Positions 6,869 to 16,529 of a DNA stretch of 21,460 nucleotides are shown piece by piece. Position numbers and translations under genes: made by a program. Origin of the DNA: Myxococcota bacterium. GTDB taxonomy: Bacteria > Myxococcota > XYA12-FULL-58-9 > JALHOP01. Numbering within the stretch: position 1 is the stretch's first letter; every line of letters starts with the position of its first letter. The stretch is taken from NCBI GenBank assembly GCA_041288095.1, contig JBGGMJ010000050.1, positions 1 through 21,460 of the forward strand, in the 5' to 3' direction. The notes beneath the pieces were generated by a model. It searched no databases. It was not told the origin of the DNA and saw only the letters and a program-made list of their open reading frames with translations.

Positions 6869-9010
6869 ATGAGCGCTCTCGACCAACTTTCCGAGCTCGT
6901 CGGGCTCTCCCGCGCCTATCACGACATCTATGGGGCGGAGCGGGTGACGACTCCCGAGACACAGCGCGCGTTGCTCGGCGCCATGGGCTTCGCAGTCGAT
7001 GACCCGGCCGCCGTCGACGCCGCGGTGACAGCGCTGCGCGAAAGGCCGTGGCGCGAGCTGGTCGCGCCGGTCTCGGTGCAACGAACGGGCGATCGGTTGC
7101 ACGTGCTCGTTACCGCGCGACACGGAGCTCGGGTGAAGTGGCGCTTGGTGTGCGAAGACGGAGCGGCACACGCGGGCGAAGCCGCCGATCTGCCCGTCCT
7201 CGAGGAGCGCGATGGTCGCGCCCGCTTGCGGCTCGATCTGCCGGAAGTGGCCATCGGCTATCACGAGCTCACGGTCGAAGCCGGCGGTGAGAGCGCCAAG
7301 CACCGTCTCATCGTGGCGCCTCGCGCTTGTTACGTGCCGCCCACCATCGCCGCCGGGGAGCGCGGGTGGGGCACCGCCGTGCAGATTTACGCCCTGCGTA
7401 CCCCGACGTCGTGGGGCGTCGGCGACTACGGCGACCTCGCCGAGCTGGCGCGCGTGGTCGGCAGCGCCGGCGCGAGCTTCGTTGGTGTCTCGCCTCTGCA
7501 CGCGTCGTTCCCGCACCGGCCCGGGGATGCCTCTCCGTACAGTCCGTCATCGCGGTTGTTCCTCAACTGGATCTACATCGACGTCGAGTCGGTGCCGGAC
7601 TACACGGCGTCGGCCGCGGCGCGAGAGCTGGTCGCGTCGCCCGAGGTGCAAGCGGAGCTCGCCGCGGTGCGAGCCGCGTCGCTCATCGACTATGTCGCGG
7701 TCGGCAAGCTCAAGCGGCGGGTCCTCGAGCTGGCTTTCGCGTGCTTCAAGGAAAAGCACCTGGAGACCGGCGATGGCCGGGCACAGAGCTTCCGTGCCTT
7801 CGTCGACGCCGGTGGCGAGCACCTGCGCCAGCACGTGCTGTACGAGGCGCTGCAAGAGCACCTCGGCGAGCGCGATGCCGCGGCCTGGGGGTGGCCCGCG
7901 TGGCCGGCGTCGTATCGTGATCCGCGCGCCCCCGCCGTCGCGGCCTTCGCGGCCGAGCACCGCGAGCGCCTCGATTTCTTCGCCTACCTCCAGTGGATCG
8001 CCGACGCACAGCTCGCGCGCGCCGCCACCACCGCCAAGGGCGCGGGGATGCGCATCGGCCTGTACATCGACCTCGCGGTCGGCGTCGATCGCGCGGGTTC
8101 GGAGACTTGGGCCTCGGCCGACGTGTACGCCACGAGCGCGAGCGTCGGCGCGCCACCCGACGAGCTCGCGCTCAAGGGTCAAAACTGGGGCCTGCCGCCG
8201 CTCATTCCGGACCGTCTGCGCGGCACCGCCTACGCGCCGCTGGTCGCGACCCTGCGCCAGTGCATGAAATGCGCGGGCGCGCTGCGCATGGACCACGTCA
8301 TGGCGCTCCTGCGCCTCTTCTGGGTGCCGCCCGGCAAGGACGCGACCGATGGCGCCTACGTCTACTATGCCTTCCGCGACCTGCTCGGCATCCTGGCCCT
8401 CGAAAGCGTGCGCAATCGGTGCCTAGTGATCGGCGAGGACTTGGGCACGGTTCCCGACGAGGTGCGGTCCGCTTTGGCGGAGCATCAGGTGCTCTCGTAC
8501 CGCGTGTTCTATTTCGAGCAGGAGCACGATTACCGCCCGAAACCGCCGGAGCACTATCCGCGCTGCGCCCTGGTGACCGCGAGCACTCACGATCTGCCGA
8601 CCCTGAGAGGCTTCTGGGAGCGGCGCGACCTGACGTTGCGCGCCGAGCTCGACCTCTATCCGTCGGCCGAGATGCGGGGACGTCAGGAACAGGGCCGCAC
8701 CGTGCAAAAGCAGCGTATCCTCGGCGCGCTCGCCGAACGGCACCTCGCTCACTACCAAGATGCGATCCTCGAGGCGCCGCTGGCGCAGGAAACCGTACGC
8801 GCTATCTACACGTATCTCGCGCGGACTCCCTCGTGGTTGCTCGCGGTGCAGCTCGAGGACGCTCTCGACGTGCTGGACCAGGCCAACTTGCCCGGCACGG
8901 TGCACGAGCACCCGAACTGGCGGCGGCGCTTGCCCATGGGTGTCGCCGAGCTCGGAGCGTCGCCGGGCTTTGCCTTGCTCGCGGAGGCCTTGCGTCGCGA
9001 GGGCAGGTAG
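6869..9010 (+). CDS. malQ: 4-alpha-glucanotransferase (amylomaltase, GH77), long form
   Basis: WGVGDYGDL, SPYSPSSR, DLAVG, GAPPD...GQNWGLPP, ALRMDHV, IGEDLG, STHD, NLPGT...NWRR. Confidence 0.96.
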   Translation: MSALDQLSELVGLSRAYHDIYGAERVTTPETQRALLGAMGFAVDDPAAVDAAVTALRERPWRELVAPVSVQRTGDRLHVLVTARHGARVKWRLVCEDGAAHAGEAADLPVLEERDGRARLRLDLPEVAIGYHELTVEAGGESAKHRLIVAPRACYVPPTIAAGERGWGTAVQIYALRTPTSWGVGDYGDLAELARVVGSAGASFVGVSPLHASFPHRPGDASPYSPSSRLFLNWIYIDVESVPDYTASAAARELVASPEVQAELAAVRAASLIDYVAVGKLKRRVLELAFACFKEKHLETGDGRAQSFRAFVDAGGEHLRQHVLYEALQEHLGERDAAAWGWPAWPASYRDPRAPAVAAFAAEHRERLDFFAYLQWIADAQLARAATTAKGAGMRIGLYIDLAVGVDRAGSETWASADVYATSASVGAPPDELALKGQNWGLPPLIPDRLRGTAYAPLVATLRQCMKCAGALRMDHVMALLRLFWVPPGKDATDGAYVYYAFRDLLGILALESVRNRCLVIGEDLGTVPDEVRSALAEHQVLSYRVFYFEQEHDYRPKPPEHYPRCALVTASTHDLPTLRGFWERRDLTLRAELDLYPSAEMRGRQEQGRTVQKQRILGALAERHLAHYQDAILEAPLAQETVRAIYTYLARTPSWLLAVQLEDALDVLDQANLPGTVHEHPNWRRRLPMGVAELGASPGFALLAEALRREGR

Positions 9011-9030
9011 CAAAAGGTGACGGGTCCATC

Positions 9031-10809
9031 ATGGCTCTGCGCATCGAAGACTACGCGTTGATCGGAGACTGCGAGTCCGCGGCTTTGGTCGGCCGTAACG
9101 GCTCGATCGACTGGTTGTGCTGGCCGCGCTTCGATTCGTCGGCGTGTTTCGCGCGCCTCCTGGGCGACGTCGACAACGGCCACTGGCAGATCCTGCCCGA
9201 GGGCCCGGTGAAGAAATCCCGGCGTCGCTACCGCGACGGCACGTTGATCCTCGAGAGCGACTATATCTGCGATAGCGGACAAGTGCGGGTCATCGACTTC
9301 ATGCCGCCCCGCGACCATCACAGCGACATCGTTCGCCTCGTCATCGGCGTCGAGGGCGAGGTGGCGATGCGCTCCGAGCTGCGCGTGCGCTTCGACTACG
9401 GCGCCGTCGTGCCCTGGGTGACGCGGCTCGAAGACGGGGCGCTGCGGGCGGTGGCCGGCCCCGATATGGTGATCCTGCGGACGACGGCGCAGCACCAGGG
9501 CGTCGATCACATGACGCAGAGCGTGTTCACCGTCCGCAAGGGCGAGCAGATCCCCTTCGTCTTGATGTACGCGCCTTCCCACGGCGCCGTGCCCGACCCC
9601 GTGGACCCAGTGGCGCAGCTCGCGGATACCGAACACTTTTGGCGCGAGTGGTCGGGGCGCTGTCTCGGCACGGGCCCGTACATCGAGCTCATCAGGCGCT
9701 CGCTCATTACCTTGAAGGCGCTCACCTATGCGCCGACGGGCGGCATCATCGCGGCGCCGACGACCTCGCTGCCGGAGCACATCGGCGGCAGCCGCAACTG
9801 GGACTACCGCTATTGCTGGTTGCGCGACGCGGCGCTTACGCTCGAGGCCCTGCTCGACGCCGGTTACACCGCCGAAGCCGTATCGTTCCGCGACTGGTTG
9901 ATGCGCGCCGCCGCCAACAGCCCCGACCACTTGCAGATCATGTACGGCCTCGCCGGCGAGCGGCGGCTGACCGAGCTCGAGCTGCCCTGGCTTTCGGGCT
10001 ACGCCGACTCGAAGCCGGTGCGCACCGGGAACGCGGCCGCCGAGCAGTTCCAGCTCGATGTGTACGGTGAGATCGCCGATGCCATGGCGAAGACACTCGC
10101 CGCCGGCGCGCCACCCGACGACAACGACTACCGCTTGCACCAAAGCATCGTGCGTCACTTGGAAGGCGTGTGGCGGCACCCGGACTACGGCATCTGGGAA
10201 GTGCGAGGCGAGCCGCAGCACTTCACCTATTCGAAGGTCATGGTCTGGGTCGCGTTCGATCGCGCCATCAGGGCGGCCGAGGACAAAGAAGACGGCGACG
10301 CTCCGCTATCGCGTTGGCGGGCCATTCGCGACGCGGTGCACGCCGAGGTCTGCGAGCGCGCTTGGAACGAGGGCCTCGGTGCTTTCACGCAAGCCTACGG
10401 CAGCCCACTCCTCGATGCCGCGGTGCTGCGCATGCCTCACGTCGGCTTCTTGTCGGCGACCGACCCGCGCATGGTGAGCACGATCGCGGCCGTCGAGAAG
10501 AGACTCTCCGTCGACGGGTTCGTGCGGCGCTACGATACGGCGCGCGTCGACGATGGTCTCGACCAAGGCGAGGGCGTCTTTCTCGCCTGCAGCTTCTGGC
10601 TCGTCGACAACTTGATCATGCAGGGGCGCCTCGACGAAGCCGATGTGATGTTCGCCAAGCTCGCGGCGCTTTGTAACGACGTCGGCCTGCTCGCGGAGGA
10701 ATACGACCCGCGAACGGGCACCCAGCTCGGCAACTTCCCTCAAGCCTTTTCGCACGTCGCGCTCGTGGCGACCGCGCGGCGGCTGCAACGTGCCCATGAA
10801 AGGCGCTGA
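9031..10809 (+). CDS. Glycoside hydrolase family 15 (glucoamylase/trehalase-like)
   Basis: IEDYALIGD...GSIDWLCWPRFDS N-terminal domain, AAPTTSLPE...RNWDYRYCWLRD, QLDVYGE, GIWEVR, GLLAEE, GNFPQAFSH. The true start is ATG 9031, not 7993. Confidence 0.94.
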   Translation: MALRIEDYALIGDCESAALVGRNGSIDWLCWPRFDSSACFARLLGDVDNGHWQILPEGPVKKSRRRYRDGTLILESDYICDSGQVRVIDFMPPRDHHSDIVRLVIGVEGEVAMRSELRVRFDYGAVVPWVTRLEDGALRAVAGPDMVILRTTAQHQGVDHMTQSVFTVRKGEQIPFVLMYAPSHGAVPDPVDPVAQLADTEHFWREWSGRCLGTGPYIELIRRSLITLKALTYAPTGGIIAAPTTSLPEHIGGSRNWDYRYCWLRDAALTLEALLDAGYTAEAVSFRDWLMRAAANSPDHLQIMYGLAGERRLTELELPWLSGYADSKPVRTGNAAAEQFQLDVYGEIADAMAKTLAAGAPPDDNDYRLHQSIVRHLEGVWRHPDYGIWEVRGEPQHFTYSKVMVWVAFDRAIRAAEDKEDGDAPLSRWRAIRDAVHAEVCERAWNEGLGAFTQAYGSPLLDAAVLRMPHVGFLSATDPRMVSTIAAVEKRLSVDGFVRRYDTARVDDGLDQGEGVFLACSFWLVDNLIMQGRLDEADVMFAKLAALCNDVGLLAEEYDPRTGTQLGNFPQAFSHVALVATARRLQRAHERR

Positions 10810-12567
10810 ATGATCATCGCGTTGTACGTTTTGGCGGCCGTCGGCGGCATCGTCGTCTTCGGCGCCCTGGTTGCCGGGCTCATCGCGTTGTGGCGCTGGC
10901 GGCGCAAGAAGTTGCCGAAATCCATGCTCTTGGAGCTCGACCTGCACGGCACCTTCGTCGAGCGCTCGCCGCAGATGCGCCTCGGCAAGCTCCTCGGGGG
11001 CGACGAGAGCACGACGGTCCGCAGCGTGGTCACGGCGCTCGACAAGGCGCGCCAGGACGAGCGGGTGAAGGGCCTCATCGTGCGCGTCGGGGCGCCGATC
11101 ATCGCGCCGGCGCACGCCCAGGAGCTGCGCGACGCGCTCGTCCGCTTTCGCGACAGCGGTCGTCAAACCGTGGCGACGGCCGATACGTTCGGCGAAGGTG
11201 CGTCGGGCAACATCAGCTACTATGTGGCGAGCGCCTGCGCCGAGATCTACCTGCAGCCATCGGGCGAGGTGGGGGTCATGGGGCTGCGGCTCGAGCAACC
11301 GTTCGTCAAGCGTGCCCTGCAGAACCTCGGCGTCGTGCCGCGCATCGGCCAGCGCGAGACGTACAAGAACGCGCCCAACACGTTCCTCGAAAGTGGTCTC
11401 ACGGAGGCCCATCGCGAATCGCTCACGAGCCTCGCGCACGGCGTCCTGGGAGAGCTGGCGCAGGGCATCGCCGAGGGCAGGAAGCGGCCGCGCGCGGAGG
11501 TCGATGCCTGGTTCGCCGACGGGCCGTTCGCGGCGCCGGACGCCAAGGCGCGCGGACTCGTCGACGACACGATCTATCGCGACCAGGTCTACGACAAGTT
11601 GAAGGAGAAGCACGGCGACGAGGTGAAGCTGGTCTTCCTCGAACGTTATAGCGAGCGCGCCAAGGACAAAGGCGCGTCCAAGAAGGCGCCCACGGTCGCG
11701 GTGATCCACGGTATCGGCGCCGTGCAGCGCTCCGGCGGAGGCGACGGGCTCAGCAGGCGAGGCGATACGTTCGACGCGGCCGAGGTCGCCGCCGCGGTGC
11801 GGGCCGCCCGTCGTAAGAAGAGCGTGAAGGGCGTGCTGTTGCGTGTCGATAGCCCCGGCGGATCGTACGTTGCAGCGGACACCGTCTGGCGCGAGGTCGA
11901 GGCGACGCGCGCCGCTGGTAAGCCCGTCGTGGTGTCGATGGTGAACGCCGCGGCCTCGGGCGGCTACTTCGTGGCCGCTCCGGCGACCGCCGTGGTGGCC
12001 CAGCCGCTGACCATCACCGGCTCGATCGGTGTCTTCGGCGGCAAGGTCGTGCTCGAAGGGCTGACGCGGCGCTTCGGCATCGATTTCGACGGCGTCCAGA
12101 CGCACGCCAACGCCGACATGAACAGCGCCATGCACGACTACACCCCCGAGCAGCGCGCCCACCTCGAGCGCTCGCTCGACCGCATCTACGGAGATTTCAC
12201 CGACAAGGTGGCGCGTGGACGCAAGCTCACGGTCGAGCAAGTGCGGGCGGTCGCGCAGGGGAGGGTGTGGACGGGGCGCGAGGCTTTGCAACACAAGCTC
12301 GTCGACGCCTTGGGCGGCTTCGACACGGCGCTCGACCTCCTGAAGAAGGAGCTTGGCGAGGAGCCTTCGACCCGCTTGAAGTTGCGCGACCTGCCGGAAG
12401 AGCGCTCCATCTGGGACAAGCTCTGGACCAAGCCACCCCTGAGCAGCGAGCGCGAAGGCCTCGAGGCCCGCGGCGCGAGTGAAATGGCCGACATCTTTGA
12501 ACGCCTGCAGACCGCGACCCTGGCGCGTGTCATCGGCGGCGCCCTGCGCCTCATTGGCCTCGGTTGA
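10810..12567 (+). CDS. sppA: Signal peptide peptidase SppA (protease IV, S49 family, two-domain type)
   Basis: N-terminal transmembrane helix; YYVAS...IYLQP, YKNA (Lys region), LRVDSPGGS, AASGGY (catalytic Ser), TITGSIGV, AQGRVWTG, LVDALGG. Confidence 0.93.
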   Translation: MIIALYVLAAVGGIVVFGALVAGLIALWRWRRKKLPKSMLLELDLHGTFVERSPQMRLGKLLGGDESTTVRSVVTALDKARQDERVKGLIVRVGAPIIAPAHAQELRDALVRFRDSGRQTVATADTFGEGASGNISYYVASACAEIYLQPSGEVGVMGLRLEQPFVKRALQNLGVVPRIGQRETYKNAPNTFLESGLTEAHRESLTSLAHGVLGELAQGIAEGRKRPRAEVDAWFADGPFAAPDAKARGLVDDTIYRDQVYDKLKEKHGDEVKLVFLERYSERAKDKGASKKAPTVAVIHGIGAVQRSGGGDGLSRRGDTFDAAEVAAAVRAARRKKSVKGVLLRVDSPGGSYVAADTVWREVEATRAAGKPVVVSMVNAAASGGYFVAAPATAVVAQPLTITGSIGVFGGKVVLEGLTRRFGIDFDGVQTHANADMNSAMHDYTPEQRAHLERSLDRIYGDFTDKVARGRKLTVEQVRAVAQGRVWTGREALQHKLVDALGGFDTALDLLKKELGEEPSTRLKLRDLPEERSIWDKLWTKPPLSSEREGLEARGASEMADIFERLQTATLARVIGGALRLIGLG

Positions 12568-12616
12568 GGCTTCGTACGTAGTCGGACCGGCCCAAGAAGT
12601 GTATAGGGGCGCGGCC

Positions 12617-13840
12617 ATGGAGACCTTCGACATCGAGCGTGTACGCGCCGAGTTTCCGATGCTGGGGCACTCGTCCCGAGGGTACCCGCTCGTCTTCCTC
12701 GACAGCGCCGCCACGAGTCTCAAGCCCCGCGTGGTCATCGAAGCCGAGAGCGACTTCTACGCCCGCGAGTACGGCACCGTGCGTCGAGGGATCTACGGCC
12801 TCTCGCAGGCAGCGACCTCGCGCTACGAAGGCGTCCGAGAAAAGGTTCGCGCTTTCTTGAACGCGCGCGAAACCAGCGAGATCGTCTTCACGCGCGGCAC
12901 CACCGAGGCGATCAATCTGGTGGCCAACAGCTTGGGCCGCACCATCCTGAAGGCCGGAGACCAGGTGCTGGTCACCGCCATGGAGCACCACGCGAACATC
13001 GTTTCGTGGCAGCTCGTCTGCAAAGCGGTCGGCGCCACCCTGTCGGTGCTTCCTATCGACGACAGCGGGCAGCTCGTCATGTCGGAGCTCGACCGCTTGC
13101 TGTCGCCGCGCGTGAAGATCGTCGCGCTGGCCCACATGTCGAACGTGCTGGGCACGGTGAATCCGGTCGCCGTCGTCGCGGCGCGCGCCCATGCGGTCGG
13201 GGCCAAGGTGCTGGTCGATGGCGCCCAGTCGGCGGCGCATATGCCGGTCGACGTGCAAGCCCTGGGCTGTGACTTCTTCGTGTGCTCATCGCACAAGATG
13301 TGCGGACCCTCGGGCGTCGGTGTCCTCTATGGCAGACGCGAAGTCCTCGAGAGCATGCCGCCGTGGCAAGGCGGCGGCGACATGATCGTCACGGTGACCT
13401 TCGAAGAGACGACGTTCGAGGCGCCGCCATATCGTTTCGAAGCGGGCACGCCGCCCATCGCGCAAGTGATGGGCTTCGGCGCGGCGCTCGATTTCCTCGA
13501 GCAGTTGGGGCGCCCGGCCCTCGCCGCGCATGAACGCATGCTCACCGAGTACGCCACGGGGGTCCTGCAAGAAGTGCCCGGTCTGCGCATCTTCGGCAGC
13601 GCGCCGGGGAAGGGCGGCATCATCGCCTTCGTCATCGACGGCATGTCGCCCTACGACATCGGTACGTTGCTCGACGAGCAAGGCATCGCCGTGCGCGTCG
13701 GCCATCACTGCGCCCAGCCGCTCATGAAGCGTCTTGGTGTCGCTTCGACGGTGCGCGCGTCCTTCGGCGTCTATTCGACGCGCGCCGAGGTCGATGTCTT
13801 GGTCGAAGGTTTGCACAAGGTTCGCGGGATTCTCTCATGA
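12617..13840 (+). CDS. sufS: Cysteine desulfurase, SufS family (group II)
   Basis: [35 protein letters not shown] (PLP lysine), [15 protein letters not shown]. Start at ATG 12617. Confidence 0.95.
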   Translation: METFDIERVRAEFPMLGHSSRGYPLVFLDSAATSLKPRVVIEAESDFYAREYGTVRRGIYGLSQAATSRYEGVREKVRAFLNARETSEIVFTRGTTEAINLVANSLGRTILKAGDQVLVTAMEHHANIVSWQLVCKAVGATLSVLPIDDSGQLVMSELDRLLSPRVKIVALAHMSNVLGTVNPVAVVAARAHAVGAKVLVDGAQSAAHMPVDVQALGCDFFVCSSHKMCGPSGVGVLYGRREVLESMPPWQGGGDMIVTVTFEETTFEAPPYRFEAGTPPIAQVMGFGAALDFLEQLGRPALAAHERMLTEYATGVLQEVPGLRIFGSAPGKGGIIAFVIDGMSPYDIGTLLDEQGIAVRVGHHCAQPLMKRLGVASTVRASFGVYSTRAEVDVLVEGLHKVRGILS

Positions 13841-14277
13841 CTGCTTCCATCGCCGACAAGCAGGCGGCGCTCATCGCCCGCTTCAACGCCATCCCGAGCT
13901 GGGAAGACCGCTATCGCGAGATCATCCGCATGGGCCGCGATTTGCCCGCCTTCCCCGAGGAGCACCGCCTCGACAAGAACAAGGTAAAGGGCTGCCAGTC
14001 GCAAGTCTGGATGCACGCCCGGCCCGAGAGCGGTCGCGTCCACTACGAGGCGGACAGCGATGCAGCGATCGTCAAAGGGCTCATTTCGCTGGTCCTCGAA
14101 GTTTACTCCGGGCATACGTTCGACGAAATCATCGCCACCCCCGCGACCTTCGTGGACGGCCTGGGTCTGGGACAGCATCTCTCCCAGAGTCGAGCCAACG
14201 GGCTGTCGGCGATGCTCAAGCAAGTGAAATTGTACGCTTTGGCGTTCAAGGCCATGGCCAACAAACAACCGCTGTAG
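13837..14277 (+). CDS. sufE: Sulfur acceptor protein SufE
   Basis: [38 protein letters not shown] overlap with sufS. Confidence 0.95.
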   Translation: MTASIADKQAALIARFNAIPSWEDRYREIIRMGRDLPAFPEEHRLDKNKVKGCQSQVWMHARPESGRVHYEADSDAAIVKGLISLVLEVYSGHTFDEIIATPATFVDGLGLGQHLSQSRANGLSAMLKQVKLYALAFKAMANKQPL

Positions 14278-14291
14278 CGGAGCCCCACCCC

Positions 14292-14708
14292 ATGTTGAAA
14301 GATTTTCGAGACTTCGCGTTGCGAGGCAACGTCGTCGATTTGGCTGTCGGTGTCATCATCGGCGCCGCCTTCGGCAAGATCGTCTCGTCGCTCGTGACCG
14401 ACGTCCTCATGCCACCCATCGGCTTGGCCATCGGCGGCATCGACTTCTCCGACCTCTTCGTGACCTTGCGCGGCGACTCGTTCGAGACCCTCGAGGCGGC
14501 CAGGAAGGCCGGCGTGGTCACCATCAACTACGGCGTGTTTCTGAACACCGTCGTGCAGTTCGCGGTCGTCGCCTTCGCCACCTTCATGATTGTGCGCTGG
14601 GCTTCGAGGCTGCATAAGACCATCGCTCCGCCGCCGGCCCCCCCGGCGAAGTCGGAAATTCTGCTCGAAGAAATTCGAGATCTCCTGAAGAAAGAGAAGT
14701 CGTCGTGA
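14292..14708 (+). CDS. mscL: Large-conductance mechanosensitive channel
   Basis: [53 protein letters not shown] 9 nt before ATG 14292. Confidence 0.97.
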   Translation: MLKDFRDFALRGNVVDLAVGVIIGAAFGKIVSSLVTDVLMPPIGLAIGGIDFSDLFVTLRGDSFETLEAARKAGVVTINYGVFLNTVVQFAVVAFATFMIVRWASRLHKTIAPPPAPPAKSEILLEEIRDLLKKEKSS

Positions 14709-15784
14709 TCGTAGCCCCCCTCGTTTATCTCGTCGTTTCGCAAGCCGCGCCGGGTACCATCACAGACAAGGACATCACCGCCGACAAGGTGATCACCAAG
14801 GACGCCGCCGAAGAGGCCGCCAAGGACGAGGTCAAGGCGACGCCGCCCGAGACCACGACCACCGCGGCTCCCGACGCGCCGGCGCCACCGCCGGCCTCAC
14901 CGTGGAAGTACACCCTCGGCGTCGGCGTCAACGGCGCCATGACCCGCAGCACCAACGTCGTCGGCGCCGTGGATGGCACCAGCGCGCAGGTCGGCGCCAT
15001 TGTCGACGGTACCGCCAACTACGTTCACGAGCAGCACAACTGGGAGAACCTGCTCAAGCTGACCGAGTCGTTCACGCGATCGCCGGCAATCCCGTCGTTC
15101 TTGAAGAGCGCCGACGAGCTTCGTCTGCAATCGACGTACATCTATAAGCTCAAGGCGGTGCCGTGGCTCGGACCGTACGCACGCGGTCTCGGTACGACGT
15201 CCCTCTTCCGCGGCTATGAAGTACGCGGCGCCGACACCACCATCATCCGTAACTTCAGCGATGGCACGTCGGAGACGCTGCTCAAGCCCGCCGGCAACAA
15301 GTACGGCACCACCAAGCCCTTCGAGCCAACGCTGCTGCGTGAATCGATTGGTATGTTTACGAACCCAATCGCGCTGCCCGAGTTCACCCTCAAGACCCGC
15401 CTCGGTGCCGCGATGCAGCACATCCTGACGCGTGAGGGCTTCGCCGTTTCGGACGACAGCGCCACGCCGGAGGTCGAGTACAAGCAGCTCGTCGACTCGA
15501 CCCAAGCCGGTGCCGAGCTCGGCATCGAGATGCTCGGCAAGGCCGCCGAGAATCTCACCTACACCGCTTCGGCGGACTTCTTCTATCCGCTCTACGAAAG
15601 CACGGACTCGCCGCAGGACGGCCTCGAGAATCTGCAGACCAACATCGCGGCCAAGCTGTCGGTGCGTCTATCGAAGTTCTTCTCGCTGGATTACATCCTG
15701 TCGCTGAAGCGGATCCCAATCATCGTCGACGAGTGGCAGGTGCAGAACGGCCTGCTGGTGAGCTGCAACTACACGATCTTCTAA
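14705..15784 (+). CDS. Putative outer-membrane beta-barrel protein (DUF3078/DUF481-like by recall)
   Basis: Short hydrophobic N-terminus, Pro/Thr linker, PWK-initiated amphipathic strands, KSADEL, C-terminal YTIF beta-signal; GTGA overlap with mscL. Confidence 0.75.
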   Translation: MIVAPLVYLVVSQAAPGTITDKDITADKVITKDAAEEAAKDEVKATPPETTTTAAPDAPAPPPASPWKYTLGVGVNGAMTRSTNVVGAVDGTSAQVGAIVDGTANYVHEQHNWENLLKLTESFTRSPAIPSFLKSADELRLQSTYIYKLKAVPWLGPYARGLGTTSLFRGYEVRGADTTIIRNFSDGTSETLLKPAGNKYGTTKPFEPTLLRESIGMFTNPIALPEFTLKTRLGAAMQHILTREGFAVSDDSATPEVEYKQLVDSTQAGAELGIEMLGKAAENLTYTASADFFYPLYESTDSPQDGLENLQTNIAAKLSVRLSKFFSLDYILSLKRIPIIVDEWQVQNGLLVSCNYTIF

Positions 15785-15791
15785 CGTGAGC

Positions 15792-16511
15792 TTAGCGAAC
15801 CGTCGCTTCGAACGATGAAGCCCCCAGCAGCGTCCCGCGCACCAGGACGTCGACCTGGAACTCCCCCGCGGGAACTCGTTCCAGGCCGGCGTTCATGACG
15901 ACGGCGCTCAGCGAGCCTGCGCCCAGCGGCTCCGTGACCTCACCGGGGATGGTGAGCTGACCAGTGCTCGCGGGCGCCGTGCACTCGATGATGGCGGTGC
16001 TGCCGCGATAAGGCGCCGACGCCACGATCCGCACCGTGCCCGCGGCGCCGCCGCCGTTCCACTGCACGAGGTAGGGTGTGCCGCGCGTTAGCACCGCCTG
16101 CGGTGCGAGGACGGTGACCGGCGGTGGTAGCGTTGCCTCGGTGGCACCAGACGGGACGTCGCGCCCCGTCCAGCTCACCGAGACGTTGGCGCCCGGCGCA
16201 CCAAAGGCGTCGCCGTTACTCGAGCACCCGTTCGCGCCGTCCGTGCATGACACGATGGACGCGCTCGAGCTGCAGGTGACGGTGCCGAGGAGCGCATCCA
16301 CGGGCTCACCGCCGCCGGTCAGGACCATGCAGCTCCCGATGCGCGTCAGCGCTGAAGGCGGCTGTTGGCGCGCCGCCGCGGCGTTGATGCGACCGTCGGC
16401 GTAGCACTCGATCTGCGCGCGCTGCGGACCATCGTCACCGTCCTCGAGGAGGCCGTCATCAGGCACGCAGGCGATAGTGCAGAGCAGGAGAAGGAGGCCG
16501 CGATAGCTCAT
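15792..16511 (-). CDS. Putative Cys-rich lipoprotein
   Basis: MSYRGLLLLLCTIA-C lipobox-like signal; beta-rich, Gly/Ser/Thr-rich mature region with several Cys. Confidence 0.72.
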   Translation of the reverse strand: MSYRGLLLLLCTIACVPDDGLLEDGDDGPQRAQIECYADGRINAAAARQQPPSALTRIGSCMVLTGGGEPVDALLGTVTCSSSASIVSCTDGANGCSSNGDAFGAPGANVSVSWTGRDVPSGATEATLPPPVTVLAPQAVLTRGTPYLVQWNGGGAAGTVRIVASAPYRGSTAIIECTAPASTGQLTIPGEVTEPLGAGSLSAVVMNAGLERVPAGEFQVDVLVRGTLLGASSFEATVR

Positions 16512-16529
16512 CGTGCGGCGACTATAGAG

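Noticed and set aside
7993..9030. 346-codon N-terminal extension of the GH15 ORF overlapping malQ (possible overlapping gene or frameshift fusion)
   Set aside because: The translation is Arg/Ala/Gly/Pro-rich, typical of an off-frame read in high-GC DNA. malQ is complete with its own stop, and GH15 homology starts at ATG 9031.
10306..12738. 810-aa antisense ORF, plus similar long antisense frames (8806-10221, 17479-18975, 539-1663)
   Set aside because: They mirror well-supported genes, carry no motifs, and are expected from stop-codon scarcity on the antisense strand of GC-rich coding DNA.
13734..14291. Apparent long N-terminal extension of MscL (324-aa ORF)
   Set aside because: It overlaps sufS/sufE in another frame. 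MscL homology and an SD begin at ATG 14292.
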